A DNA stretch of 64,000 nucleotides. Origin: Phoronis australis. Taxonomy: Eukaryota; Animalia; Phoronida. Positions 23,701 through 34,222 of the stretch are shown here, piece by piece. The notes beneath the pieces are model-generated. The model was not told the DNA's origin and made no database searches. It saw nothing but the letters and a program-made list of their open reading frames with translations. The DNA lies in the NCBI GenBank assembly GCA_002633005.1, contig NMRA01000010.1, forward strand, positions 551,252 to 615,251, given 5' to 3'. Position 1 is the stretch's first letter. Every line of letters begins with the position of its first letter. The position numbers and the translations under genes are program-made.

Positions 23701-26700
23701 CCTTGCTGCAGAATACCTAATCTGCCACCTGGTGTCCACGGTGTGAGTCTCACAATGGACTCCCCAGTCTGGTCCTTTATGACACACACTGCACAGTTCT
23801 CTGGTCTTTTTCTTGAAATCAGACTTAACACTTAAGTCAAAAATTTGATCTTCCCTCCACACAACTATTTCTGAAAGTGATTAAATCTCACTTTAGTAAA
23901 AGTGCGAAGTCTCTGAGAATATATGCATTACTGCTAGTCATATTTCCATAAGTTATTTATAGACTCTGATGTGCTTATAATTATTTGGCTAAATCTTTAT
24001 TCAGCAGTAGTCCAGTCAGAACATAAGACTACATTGCTGTCTTCAGTCTTTAAGTCACTTGTCTTCAAGCAGACCCCTGAACACTTTAGCCTTATCCTTG
24101 CTGATACAATAGGCTGTTGTAAAAACCTTTTACACCGCCACTAAAGTTTTTGAATTTCGAGTCATGGTTTGAAATGACTTCTGTTTGTTGTGAACCATGA
24201 AGTCATGATTTGAAGTGGGTTTTTTGTTTTAAAGATTGAAGCCGTGGTTTGAAATGACTTGTTTATTGAGAAGTGTGAATTCATGATTTGAAATGACTTC
24301 TGTTTGTTGAGAAGCATGAAGTCATGTTTTGAAATGACTCCTGTTTGTTCTTCTTTACTNGCATTACTGCTAGTCATATTTCCAAAGCATTACTGCTAGT
24401 CATATTTCCAAAGCATTACTGCTAGTCATATTTCCAAAGCATTACTGCTAGTCATATTTCCAAAGCATTACTGCTAGTCATATTTCCAAAGCATTACTGC
24501 TAGTCATATTTCCAAAGCATTACTGCTAGTCATATTTGCATAAGTTATTTCTAGACTGTGATGTGCTTATAATTATTTGGCTAAACCTTTATTCAGCAGT
24601 AGTCCAGTCAGAACATAAGACTACATTGCTGTCTTCAGTCTTTAAGTCACTTGTCTTTAAGCAGACCCCTGAACACTTTAGCCTTATACTTGCTGATACA
24701 ATATGCTGTTATAAAAGTTTTTGAATTTCAAGTCATGGTTTGAAATGACTTCTGTTTGTTGTGAAGCATGAAGTCATGATTTGAAGTGGGTTTTTTGGTT
24801 TAAAGTTTGAAGCCGTGGTTTGAAATGACTTGTTTATTGAGAAGTGTGAATTCATGATTTGAAATGACTTCTGTTTGTTGAGAAGCATGAAGTCATGTTT
24901 TGAAATGACTCCTGTTTGTTCTTCTTTACTTGCACAATTGGGTGGTGCTGCAAAAACGATTTTGTGCACTGTTCAGGACATAATGCATTAATTGTTTTAG
25001 CATCAATTTCAAAAATGCAAATGTGAAAGCACGCATGTTCCAAACTTGCCGAAGCGAAATCCTGGAAGTGAATGGCTTTGCCTAGTCTCTCTTATTTCAT
25101 TATTCAATTTCAAAATGACAAGTTTGCTAGAATCCTTTTGTTTTGTAAATAGTTCATAACTTTTTCAATTTAGAGCAGCTGTGTGATTAATGTCTCTTTA
25201 CATTGTAGTTATTCTCGACGAGATGTTATGGCCCTTGGAAAATTCTCCCTCAACCTTAGTGGCTGCCCGAATTCCGAAGAGTTTGTCAACCTACTGCACA
25301 AGTTGATTGAGTCACTTGTCACGAAATGTCATAAATTACCGTTGACGATATCAAACTTGAACACAATGAAATTTGTCCCTAAAAAGGATTACAATGCGAA
25401 TAGGCTTGTGAGCGGCGTGTTACAGGTGTCAGACAACACTCACTTAGTACTAGATGAGGTTGCCATGGAACCGGGTCAACTTGACGAGAAAGGTGAGTCC
25501 ACAGTGCACTCAAAATGGAAAGAGGAAGTAAAGCTGGTGAAATTGTCTCCATTTTTGTCTTGTTTGGATGTTTTATCTGAATAAGGTCTTTGGAAGGAGA
25601 CAAAGCTATGATTTGGATAGATGCACAGTTGTAGCCAGTTGGAAAACATTTGAGGTCCTAATGTTACTATACTTGTTAATGCAGTGTGTATTTTTGTGAC
25701 AATTGTGCAGATAATCTCTAAGTTCACAGTACTTGTGCAACATTCCCTATATCCACTGCTTATTAACTGAAAGGTTTTCATTTTCCAGCTACTGTACTTA
25801 TCTGAAAAGTATGCACAGGTTGTTAATGTTTGTAAACTCGTATTTCGAAATCATGCATCGCTTTATTTTCTGCTAATGCCGGTGTCCAAATTTTATTTCT
25901 AGTTCGCTCATTTCCCAATATTGTGACAACCATGCTCGCGTAATTCTGTAATGTAATTTTAAAATGGGCTTTTGATGATTGTTGTTTGCAAAAATGGATG
26001 TTGGCCTGTCTTTGCTCTAAAACTTCCCATTGTATGCTCATAATAACAATGTTCACTGTTTTCTACGATGTGAAAATTGAATTGAAAAATGATTGGGCAT
26101 TTATGCTAAAAAATCAGTCACCTATTCCTTGTCACGATAGGATTCCATTTTCATTTTCAACATTTTAAAAAACATCAAAGCCATCAGCAAGTCAACAATA
26201 CGCTTTAAAGTTTATTGCGGTTGGCCAACCCAAAAATTGTGATTTTGAAAGTGGCACATGTACGCATTGCCTCTGACTTGAGTTGGTAACAGAAAATATA
26301 GAATCCTATCACTGTAAGGACTATTTTTACAAGACCAATTTTATGAGAGTAAAAAGCGTAATTCATTTGTTTTTATCCAGCTTAACCTCAAAATGCAGCT
26401 CTAACAAGGTAAATAATTGTGCACTGCAGAGAATTTTAGCTGCTGCTTACTTCCAGCATGTTGTTGGCATACTTTCTACACATTTGGGATTTCAATTGGG
26501 GAGAACACTGTGATATTCAGTCATTGGGCTGAGCTGGAATTTAAGCTGGAATTTAAGTAATTAAGGTAAATTGCTTGTGAATCCTTAATGACTATGCATG
26601 AGTACCAGCTGACAGCGAGGTTCTGCCTAGAAAATGAGGTTAATGAAATTTCATGATATAGGCAGTGTCATGCTTATGTGCTGGTACCTACTGAAAACGA

Positions 26701-29700
26701 AAGTTGCTGTGTATTGTTTTCAGGAGTTAAGAACCTGACAGCTCTGGGAAATGTGTTGAATTGGCAAAAGGTGGAATACAATTTTGACTTTCACCGACAA
26801 GACTTTGTCTGCAACATTCAGGGCTTGGTGTTGTCTGAGGGAAAGTCTTTAATAGCAGTAAGTTATGAACCAGACCACAATAGGCATTGATCAATCTAGA
26901 ACATTGTACGATTCTTGTCGGATCATTAGGCTTAATCATATGAAGACAAGGTCCCAGGGTCTTAATCTTTTTGCTCGAAATCGAACTCAAAATTATTTTT
27001 GATATTTTCTGTTCTACATTGGTGTGAACTGTTAGTCTGTGCTCAAATGTGTTATACTTGATATGTCTAATCCCATTTTGCACTTGGTGACCCCAGCATT
27101 AAAGCTACAAGTTTGAGTCTGAACATGAAATTTTGAGTTTTTACTTGTAATCTTGAGCTTGAACTTGAGATTGTATCTCGAACCTTGGGATCATCAAGCA
27201 CAATCTTGGACTAGACAATTATCTGCGTAAACTGTAGTTCACTCTAGTGCAAAATAATGGATACTTTTAAATTAAAAAGATAAACCTTTTAATTTAAAAG
27301 TAGAATTTGAAATATCAAAACTAATTTGATTTTGAGTCTGGAGATTAGACCTTGGCTCCAGAATTGCTTCCGGCAGTGTGTTGTGAAACTTGGAGCAGTG
27401 TGTTGTGAAACTTGGAGCAGTGTGTTGTGAAGCTTGGAGCATTGTGTTGTGAAGCTGGGAGCAGTGTGTTGTGAAGCTGGGAGCAGTGCGTTGTGAAGCT
27501 TGAAGCAGCGCGTTGTGAAGCTTGGAGCAGCGAGTTGTGAAGCTTGGAGCAGCGCGTTGTGAAGCTTGGAGCAGCGCGTTGTGAAGCTTGGAGCAGCGCG
27601 TTGTGAAGCTTGGAGCAGCGCGTTGTGAAGCTTGGAGCAGCGCGTTGTGAAGCTTGGAGCAGCGCGTTGTGAAGCTTGGAGCAGCGCGTTGTGAAGCTTG
27701 GAGCAGCGCGTTGTGAAGCTTGGAGCAGCGCGTTGTGAAGCTTGGAGCAGCGCGTTGTGAAGCTTGGAGCAGCGCGTTGTGAAGCTTGGAGCAGCGCGTT
27801 GTGAAGCTTGGAGCTGTGCGTTGTGAAGCTTGCAGCAGTGTGTTGTGAAGCTTGGAGCAGTCTGTTGTGAAGCTTGCTGCAGTGTGTTGTGAAGCTTGGA
27901 GCAGTGTGTTGTGAAGCCTGGAGCAGTGTGTTGTGAAACTTGGAGCAGTGTGTTTTGAAGCTTCTGTTAATGATAAAAGCTTAATGCGCAGTTTCTTGGC
28001 TAGGCTTGCAAAACTGTTGGTAAGATTCCCAATATGTGTATAAAAAAATTCGTGGTCAAAAAGTCTAAAAGCAAACACCTCATACTGTATATTCCGTACT
28101 GGAATTGTATGGGTGGGTGAAGCTAATTGATTAGACGTGACTATCTCTTGTGGAAACAAGTCAGTACTTTTTCAAATCTTTGTTTGATCATCTTGCAGTG
28201 TGACGCTCAAGTTCCTCTGAAAGCTTCTGCTCCAATAGAGGGCATGTCAGAGCGATTTCAGGGAATCTCATCATACCTGACTGATGAAATGTTGTCTAAG
28301 ATACGTTCCTACTTATCTATTGTCAAGCTGGTCGATTACAGTCTCCCAGATGAAATTCAAAAGGTCAGTGCATTTCGAGTTTTAAAAACATCCTGTGTTT
28401 CAAATAGCACTGAGAGTATCTTTTCACCTTTTAGAAAGCATCTGAAGATAGTTCCTTGCCTATATGGTTCTCCTACCTGTACACGAGCTATGCCATGTTT
28501 GTAATTGGTGTACTGTGTTCATAAGTGTTAGCAGTGCAATGCGTGTAGCCTAGTGGGGAGAAATTGTTTTTGTCCCAAATTTTAAAGGTATCCTGAGCAT
28601 GTAGCAGATCGCACACAGTTTTTTTACATGGGACGAAATTCATACAGAAAGCGATGGGAAGTATTGTATCCCCTAACCGGCCAACCGAGGGGCTACGTGT
28701 TGCCTAGGCAGCCGGTAGCCCTTAATTACTAGTCTGCCCCACTGGAGCACCATCGCATGTAAACTGGTGGAGTTGCCCAATCTTGACTGGTGAGGGTGTC
28801 CATAATGTTAGATATTCTGTTCATGCTGTTTTCGATAAATTCTTGTTGTTGGATATATCCGATCTTTCAGTATGATCATAGCGATCTCTTATGCACAAGT
28901 TATTTCAAAGTTTTAGAATTATGCACAAGTTATTTCTAAGTTTTAGAATAAGGTAATGAACTTCCCAAAATATTTTAAAACTGGAGGTGATCTAAAACTA
29001 GTCATAACATAACCAGTTTATCAGTTCTAAAAACCACAGTGACTTTACTTTCAGCATAAAAGAGGGAGTCCACTGGGTTTTATTGTCATGTCAATGTGCT
29101 GACCTACAAATTGATAATAGGTTCTAAGTGCATGTCACATTCTGGCTCCTCAGGTACTGTGTATGCCAGACTGTTAGTTGACAATAAACTGTTGTGGTCA
29201 GCATAACAACTGTGAGAGCTGGGGAACTTCAGTCTGTAGAGAACTTTTACCTCTACTCAGAAATTTATACTTGAATTTAAAACTAATTTGCATTCAAAAA
29301 GAAAAAGAAAGAATACTTTAGTTTAGATATGGGTTTGTTTCGAATTTTTAAATTTTTTTCTTTAATCAAAAAGCCCACATTTGATGATAAAAGTAAGATA
29401 TTTGGCATGCTACTACTTTAAAAGAAACTGGATTTTGTATATTTTCTATATATCAAAAGCAAAAGAATGTAATTTGTTGGAGATAGGATGCTACAATAAA
29501 ATTATATTACCCCATTAGGCACAGTTGAATAAGAAAAAATTAAGTTTGACTAAGGGCAACCTTCAGTTTAACATAGACAAAAGCTAGTGTATGTTATTCT
29601 AAATATCTTTTTATGGTTTCCCATGCCAAATGATGTTTTGTAGATTTCACAAGCTATTGTTTAACTTCCGAGATCCATGCTATGGGTGTAATACGGTTAT

Positions 29701-30777
29701 CACCTATGGTATGCTACCAGTTTTCCTTTGTTGTGTCTTTGTTAGATATAACAATACAGGTTGCACTGATATCCTACCTTGGACGCCCATCAGCGGCCCA
29801 TTACAATGAGCTTGCGCCCTAGTTTCTCTTGGAAACATGGAAAATGGATTATCTATTTAAATTGTTTTCCACTATTTACCTGAAAAAATGTATCTTAAGA
29901 ACAGTCTGTTGGCTAGGTGTTGAATTCATACCTGGGAACATGCTTGTTGATGGCCATGTTTTTATTTTAGGCTGTTGAAGAGGATTTTGTGGAGATGCGG
30001 CGGACTGACCAGTCTATGTCTGTAGAATCTTTCCACGCTCTCCTTGTACTTGCAAGGTAAGACTTTTTGAAGAATCGTGCTTTGCTTGGTCCAAAATACA
30101 GTCTTTGAACTCGTGCTCAGTTTTCGTGCTTTCTGTTTTACCTCCGTAGGAATTCAGGTTCGTATCGTTGATTTGGTTCTCAAATATGAGGAGCATGGTG
30201 TGACTGAGAAGTATAGTTCGGTAGCAAACTTGGTTGAAGGCACAACTTTACTTTTTGTTTGGCAGCTTAATATGTACTAGCTGGTGGTCTCTATACAATC
30301 TGCTATCTTCAGGCATGCAGTTATGAAGCGTGAAGTTATGCCTGAAGACAGGAGATTGTATCAGACTATGGGCCAGTATACATTAAGCTGTCTACCTTCA
30401 GCCAAGTTTGTGACTGAGAAGCTGTGCGTGTATGCGCATGCGTGCGTGTGGTGTGTCTGCATAGACAGCTCTAATTCCAGGACTTGCATGGCCTCCTGGG
30501 AGATTGAGATATGGAATGCACGATCAGGTCTCCAGTGAAGCGCTTTAAAAATGTGCGTGATAAGCTCCAGGCCATTCATTAAAAAATTTATGAACGTTGA
30601 CTTTGACTGTTATCACAGTACAAATGTACCAAAGGCTTCGTATGTTATCTCATTTATAGACTGCTGTCTCTTAGTCATGGTCATACCAGCCTTACCAGAG
30701 AAGTGTGGAACCGAGCAAAGGAGTTGGAGAAAGAAAGAAGGTTGAGAATTGACGAGAGTTCCAGTAACAGGCGATAG
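11712..30777 (+). CDS. MCMBP: Mini-chromosome maintenance complex-binding protein, complete 14-exon gene
   Basis: Exons 11712-11769, 13416-13495, 14207-14389, 15343-15444, 15983-16151, 16618-16691, 19756-19856, 20526-20701 (or copy 22337-22512), 23619-23742, 25209-25492, 26724-26857, 28199-28363, 29971-30056, 30660-30777 splice in frame. Motifs [87 protein letters not shown] are characteristic of MCMBP. Confidence 0.95.
12723..12839. mobile_element. Hairpin/MITE-like palindrome
   Basis: ACGGAGGGACCAT...TTTACGACTAGGGGGGTCAG pairs with CTGACCCCCCTAGTCGTAAA...ATGGTCCCTCCGT. Confidence 0.75.
12838..13260 (+). mobile_element. Penelope-like retroelement remnant (RT C-terminal linker plus GIY-YIG endonuclease), inactivated
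   Basis: [12 protein letters not shown]...[10 protein letters not shown]...*...VIYQLEC...YIGETKR...RFKEH...EHILATGH...RKLKEAINI...PLLN*DRG, with in-frame stops. Confidence 0.88.
13416..13495 (+). CDS. MCMBP: MCMBP exon 2
   Basis: [27 protein letters not shown]; tag acceptor, gtatgt donor. Confidence 0.88.
14207..14389 (+). CDS. MCMBP: MCMBP exon 3
   Basis: VPSLND...[22 protein letters not shown]...[10 protein letters not shown]. Confidence 0.93.
15343..15444 (+). CDS. MCMBP: MCMBP exon 4
   Basis: [34 protein letters not shown], followed by a U12-type donor. Confidence 0.92.
15445..15982 (+). other. U12-type (minor spliceosome) GT-AG intron
   Basis: 5' splice site GTATCCTT; branch site GCCTTAAC at 15966-15973, ending 9 nt before the intron 3' end; no long polypyrimidine tract. 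Confidence 0.88.
15983..16151 (+). CDS. MCMBP: MCMBP exon 5
   Basis: [35 protein letters not shown]...; donor gttggt. Confidence 0.88.
16618..16691 (+). CDS. MCMBP: MCMBP exon 6
   Basis: [17 protein letters not shown]. Confidence 0.92.
17140..18230. repeat. Diverged direct repeats (~17140-17285 and ~18080-18228), likely internal to an old DNA transposon
   Basis: Shared blocks CCATTATK-CAAATTCTGTTT, GGTCAATGAATTYAWTGAAA and TTGCATAAST. Confidence 0.55.
17523..17675. repeat. 78-bp tandem duplication
   Basis: TAACAAATGTTTATAAATAATGGTCAGCAGGGCTGCCCTGCACGTGAGCACTGAATTG...GACTGAGACAA occurs twice. Confidence 0.9.
18612..19686. mobile_element. Non-autonomous hAT-like DNA transposon with internal 20-bp minisatellite, duplicated across an N gap
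   Basis: TIRs CAGGCCTTTATCCAGGA and TTCTGCATAAAGGCCTG; imperfect 8-bp TSD TGGTAGCT/TCATAGCT; unit TAGGGCRTCCATATTAGTGC at ~18985-19128 and ~19490-19660. Confidence 0.75.
19756..19856 (+). CDS. MCMBP: MCMBP exon 7
   Basis: [27 protein letters not shown]; cag acceptor, gtgagt donor. Confidence 0.92.
20526..20701 (+). CDS. MCMBP: MCMBP exon 8, copy A
   Basis: [49 protein letters not shown]; cag acceptor, gttaat donor. Confidence 0.85.
22028..22182. mobile_element. Palindromic MITE-like element (internally deleted in the copy at ~20274-20372)
   Basis: TTTCGACAGC...GTTCACTTTGAGAATGTTCACTAGGTGT pairs with ACACCTAGTGGACATTCTTGGAGTGAAC...GCTGTTGAAA. Confidence 0.65.
22337..22512 (+). CDS. MCMBP: MCMBP exon 8, copy B (near-identical duplicate)
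   Basis: Same 176-nt exon with a V-to-A change near the end; cag acceptor, gtgaat donor. Confidence 0.8.
23619..23742 (+). CDS. MCMBP: MCMBP exon 9
   Basis: [41 protein letters not shown]; frame not shown in the ORF track. Confidence 0.92.
23925..24929. repeat. Duplication across N 24360, with a 26-bp tandem array and ~39-bp subrepeats
   Basis: GCATTACTGCTAGTCATATTTCCAAA about 7 times at 24361-24540; TCATGRTTTGAAATGACTTCTGTTTGTT units at ~24160-24350 and ~24733-24925. Confidence 0.85.
25209..25492 (+). CDS. MCMBP: MCMBP exon 10
   Basis: [17 protein letters not shown]...[17 protein letters not shown]...LVLDE...PGQLDEK. Confidence 0.94.
26724..26857 (+). CDS. MCMBP: MCMBP exon 11
   Basis: [24 protein letters not shown]...[10 protein letters not shown]. 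Confidence 0.93.
27372..27962. repeat. 22-bp minisatellite (GTTGTGAAGCTTGGAGCAGCGC)n, about 27 copies
   Basis: Direct tandem array, homogeneous in the centre and diverged at the edges. Confidence 0.95.
28199..28363 (+). CDS. MCMBP: MCMBP exon 12
   Basis: CDAQVPL...[24 protein letters not shown]. Confidence 0.9.
29971..30056 (+). CDS. MCMBP: MCMBP exon 13
   Basis: [29 protein letters not shown]. Confidence 0.92.
30660..30777 (+). CDS. MCMBP: MCMBP last coding exon
   Basis: [41 protein letters not shown] at 30775-30777. Confidence 0.92.
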
Positions 30778-33700
30778 AATAAAGACAGTTCAAAATGGTT
30801 CTGAAGCCGTGCCTACCAGACGTGAGATTCAACTCAAGAATTGCGATCTATCTCATTGCGTGAAACTGGAAAAATTTCTCAAAGCAGAATTAAGGCTTGA
30901 GCCAAAATAAGGTTTGGTGGTGAATGACTCTGGTGTGTTTTACACATGCCAAAGATGAGTCCAAGACAATCCTCTCTTTAGGGCCCTGGCGGAAAGCAGT
31001 ATCTTCCACCAATAGATGTCACCTTTTAACAGAACAGTTAGGGGTTACGCAGCGAGTCGAATCTCGCTGTATTTACCCACAATGCCACAGTATCAGTCCA
31101 GCTCTTTTGTAGCCTCACGGTTGTTGTGCCATTGAAGTTTGTTGTTGTATTCTTCACAAGTTTTTTCAGCTGTGTTACTCTATTCATCCATCCAATGCTG
31201 TGGACTGCAACTCTGACAGAAGAGAGTTAGATTAACTTGACAAATATCCTCGAATGCGTGATGTCATGTTGTTTGCCTTCCTGACATCAATCAAAGACTA
31301 GAAATAGTAGAGCTAGTGGATAAAACAAGTTCGTCGAGTTAATTTTGAACCAAACAGAATCCTCCTTTCTTGAAGATACCTTTTAATCCTGGGAATATTT
31401 TCACGGCCATAACGTTCCTCGATGGTTTTTGACGTTACTTGTGAAAATGTGCCTGACGTTTCAAAACAAGGCACGCGCTTTCTTACGTCTGGGATAAAGG
31501 AGACGATTCTATCGTCGTGTAATCCGGGACGACCATATTCTGTTGCATTAGAAATACAACAACATGAGCTTTTCGAAAGAAAAGTTTTTGATTATTTTAC
31601 TTAATCTTGTTCCCAGGTTCTCATTACGTGACACTTTGTGCGCTGGACTATTGGGAACATGCTTTTACGTGTTGTTTTTGTTTTCACCGCAGTGGTGTTG
31701 ATGTAATATGTATCGGGGAGAAGAGTGCCAAAAGTTAGAGAATGTGTTTCAATTGACGTGCTGTTGCTTGAGAGGTGAATATTCTCTTGATCTGGTAATG
31801 CTCGCCTGCCAAGTGTGTCGTGAGGTTGTACATTTATGTTCTTAACATTTCCCTTGGATAACTCTAGCCTAAATGTATTCCCTGTACAATCTTGGAATAC
31901 TTTTTTTAAAAGTTAAATTAAAATTTATAACTATGTATATAGAGCTGACATAAAAAATTGTATTGTTTTGTTTGTTTTGATCTTTTTTCTTGTGGGATTG
32001 TGCACGGGCATCAGATGTGGGCATCTGTTATCTTTGGTATGTCACTCCTCTTAGTGATGTAAAACTGTGTTGCGTCACTAATCATCTTGTGTGCCACTGT
32101 GCACTGCATACCACGGCTGGGAACTAATCAGAAAATAGAAGTTTGCCAACATCAAAAACCAGAGCTCCACGTATTTGTATTCCATTATTTTTATCAGTGA
32201 ATTCAGCCCAAGCTTTGTGTACGTATTCATACCACTTAGGTATGCAGTTTCTCCGCTTTTCGTTTGACCTGTGTAAATCATTTGAATACCCCACTGCAAA
32301 ACAGTGACAATTGATGGGAACAAAGAATTTATAAAAAGCTGGAAAACATCCCCTAGTGACAAGGCGAATTTCAATATGGTACCATTACATCAGAAACTAA
32401 TTGAAAGTTAACAAAAACAACCTTTTTTATAAATTTATATTTATTTCATCTCGTTATCAATGCTACAAACTCTTCCCAGAAGACCTAGGGACAGGAAATA
32501 TAGCGCAACATTTGCCAACTTTGAACTACAACTTTAAATAACAACAGATTTTTATTTTGAATCTAAATACACACATTTAAAGCAGTTTATACTTTATACA
32601 GAGTACAACATTGTTTAAGGTTCCACTTTTTCTACAATATTTTTAAAATATACTTCAGTGAAGAAAAACGTGAAACCGAAAAATGTCAAGTTGCAGTTTC
32701 GGAACCTTATATAAAAATGATAAAATTTCTTAAACGCACCTTCTGTGTGAATACTGCATTACATATGTCATCTAAATGTACAGCTTAAACTTTACAGGCC
32801 TGTTTGGAAATGTGGAGAAATGTTACAAATGCCTGCTTGAGTAAGCAGTCTATTAAAAATTGACGTTAACAGGCTGGGCAGAGACTTCCCTTAAAGGAAA
32901 CAAAAATGTTTATTGATCACTTATAAACGTTTCTCTCTCAAAAACCACCAATTGGATGCCAGTATTTCACCCTTGTATTGATGCTACATAGACTACATGC
33001 AAGTCTATCACCTATATTCACTACATTATACCAAACCCACACGCGACATTTGAAGTTTGTACAAGGAGGTTCCGACAGAATAGCAGAGCCACCAACCACA
33101 ACCGACAACCTTATGTACACAAACATTTAATTTAAGACAATACCAAGTGAAAAGTTGCCTTAATATAGGGTTATGTAAAACTCTCAGTGCACTTTGATCA
33201 GCAAAACCATCTATAAAACTGTTTTGGTTTATTTACACTTATACATAAAACTAGTAAAGGTTGATATAGTGCAATAATTAAAACATCAAAATTGGTATGA
33301 AGACAAATTTGAGGGTTTTTTTAACACAACTACATTCTAAATGATAATACTGCGGACTACAGAGCGCTGTTTAGCTAGGTTCTCCTTCACGACTGGATGG
33401 AGTCCACCTCAACTTTAATATTTCCTCGACCAAATTGATGTAAAGGATGTTGAAGTTGAGCAAGTGTACAAGGCGCATTATGCCGTGCTCGACACATTCA
33501 TAAGTATGGTAGGTAACAGATTTACACACATCTACGGCAAAATCTCACTAATTTAGGACATAATACAGCGGACACACAACTCTTAAAAAGTTCATAAAAG
33601 ATAAGTAACCGGTCAACACACCACCTGTTGGCAACATCAATATTTACTTATTCCTATAAAAGATGAGTGATGTGAAAGAAATGTTATACAGTTTTCAAGT

Positions 33701-34211
33701 AAAGTATAATAGCTACCATAACGCCATTTGTTAAGAAGAATTGTAACCTTTCACAACATTGTTAGTAGCCTTTAAAACCTGAAAATTTTGGCAGCCATTT
33801 TTTTCCGAAATTGGTGAGATTTTACCGAATAAGTGAAAATACATTCCACTTTTTTGTTGAATACCTGTACAATCATAACAAATGACAACAAAGAGTAATC
33901 AACTACGGTTTTTTGTGGAACAAAACAAAATTTCTTAACTGACGAAGCAACACACTTGAAACTCGAACGAATTAGTTTATGCACAAACATCCCGAGAACA
34001 GACCTTCATCCAATGTGGATGAATAGTAACGGTACATGGTTCACGTGCTGTAGTTGACACGGGGCTCTTTGCACACTCCTTGTAGGGTAAGAGATGGCTT
34101 TAGTCAATGTGCCCAGATGGTTCTTAAACTACACACATTGAAATGTAGATGAATCAGCATGGTTATTTTAAACAGTCATTGCGGTGGTTACAGTGCCCAC
34201 AAGCCACCCAG

Positions 34212-34222
34212 CTATTGGTAAC
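34212..34222 (-). CDS. TIAL1: TIA1/TIAL1 last coding exon (GYQ*)
   Basis: ttttgcag acceptor at 34223; phase fits the preceding exon; TAG at 34212-34214; followed by a U-rich putative 3'UTR with AATAAA near 32440-32555. Confidence 0.8.

Noticed and set aside
23925-24929. Biologically meaningful segmental duplication
   Set aside because: Copies meet at an N (24360) like the other gap-flanking duplications here; most likely an assembly or haplotype artefact with no exon involved.
27272-28159. 295-aa repetitive ORF
   Set aside because: Translation of an intronic 22-bp minisatellite on the antisense strand; no domain or splice support.
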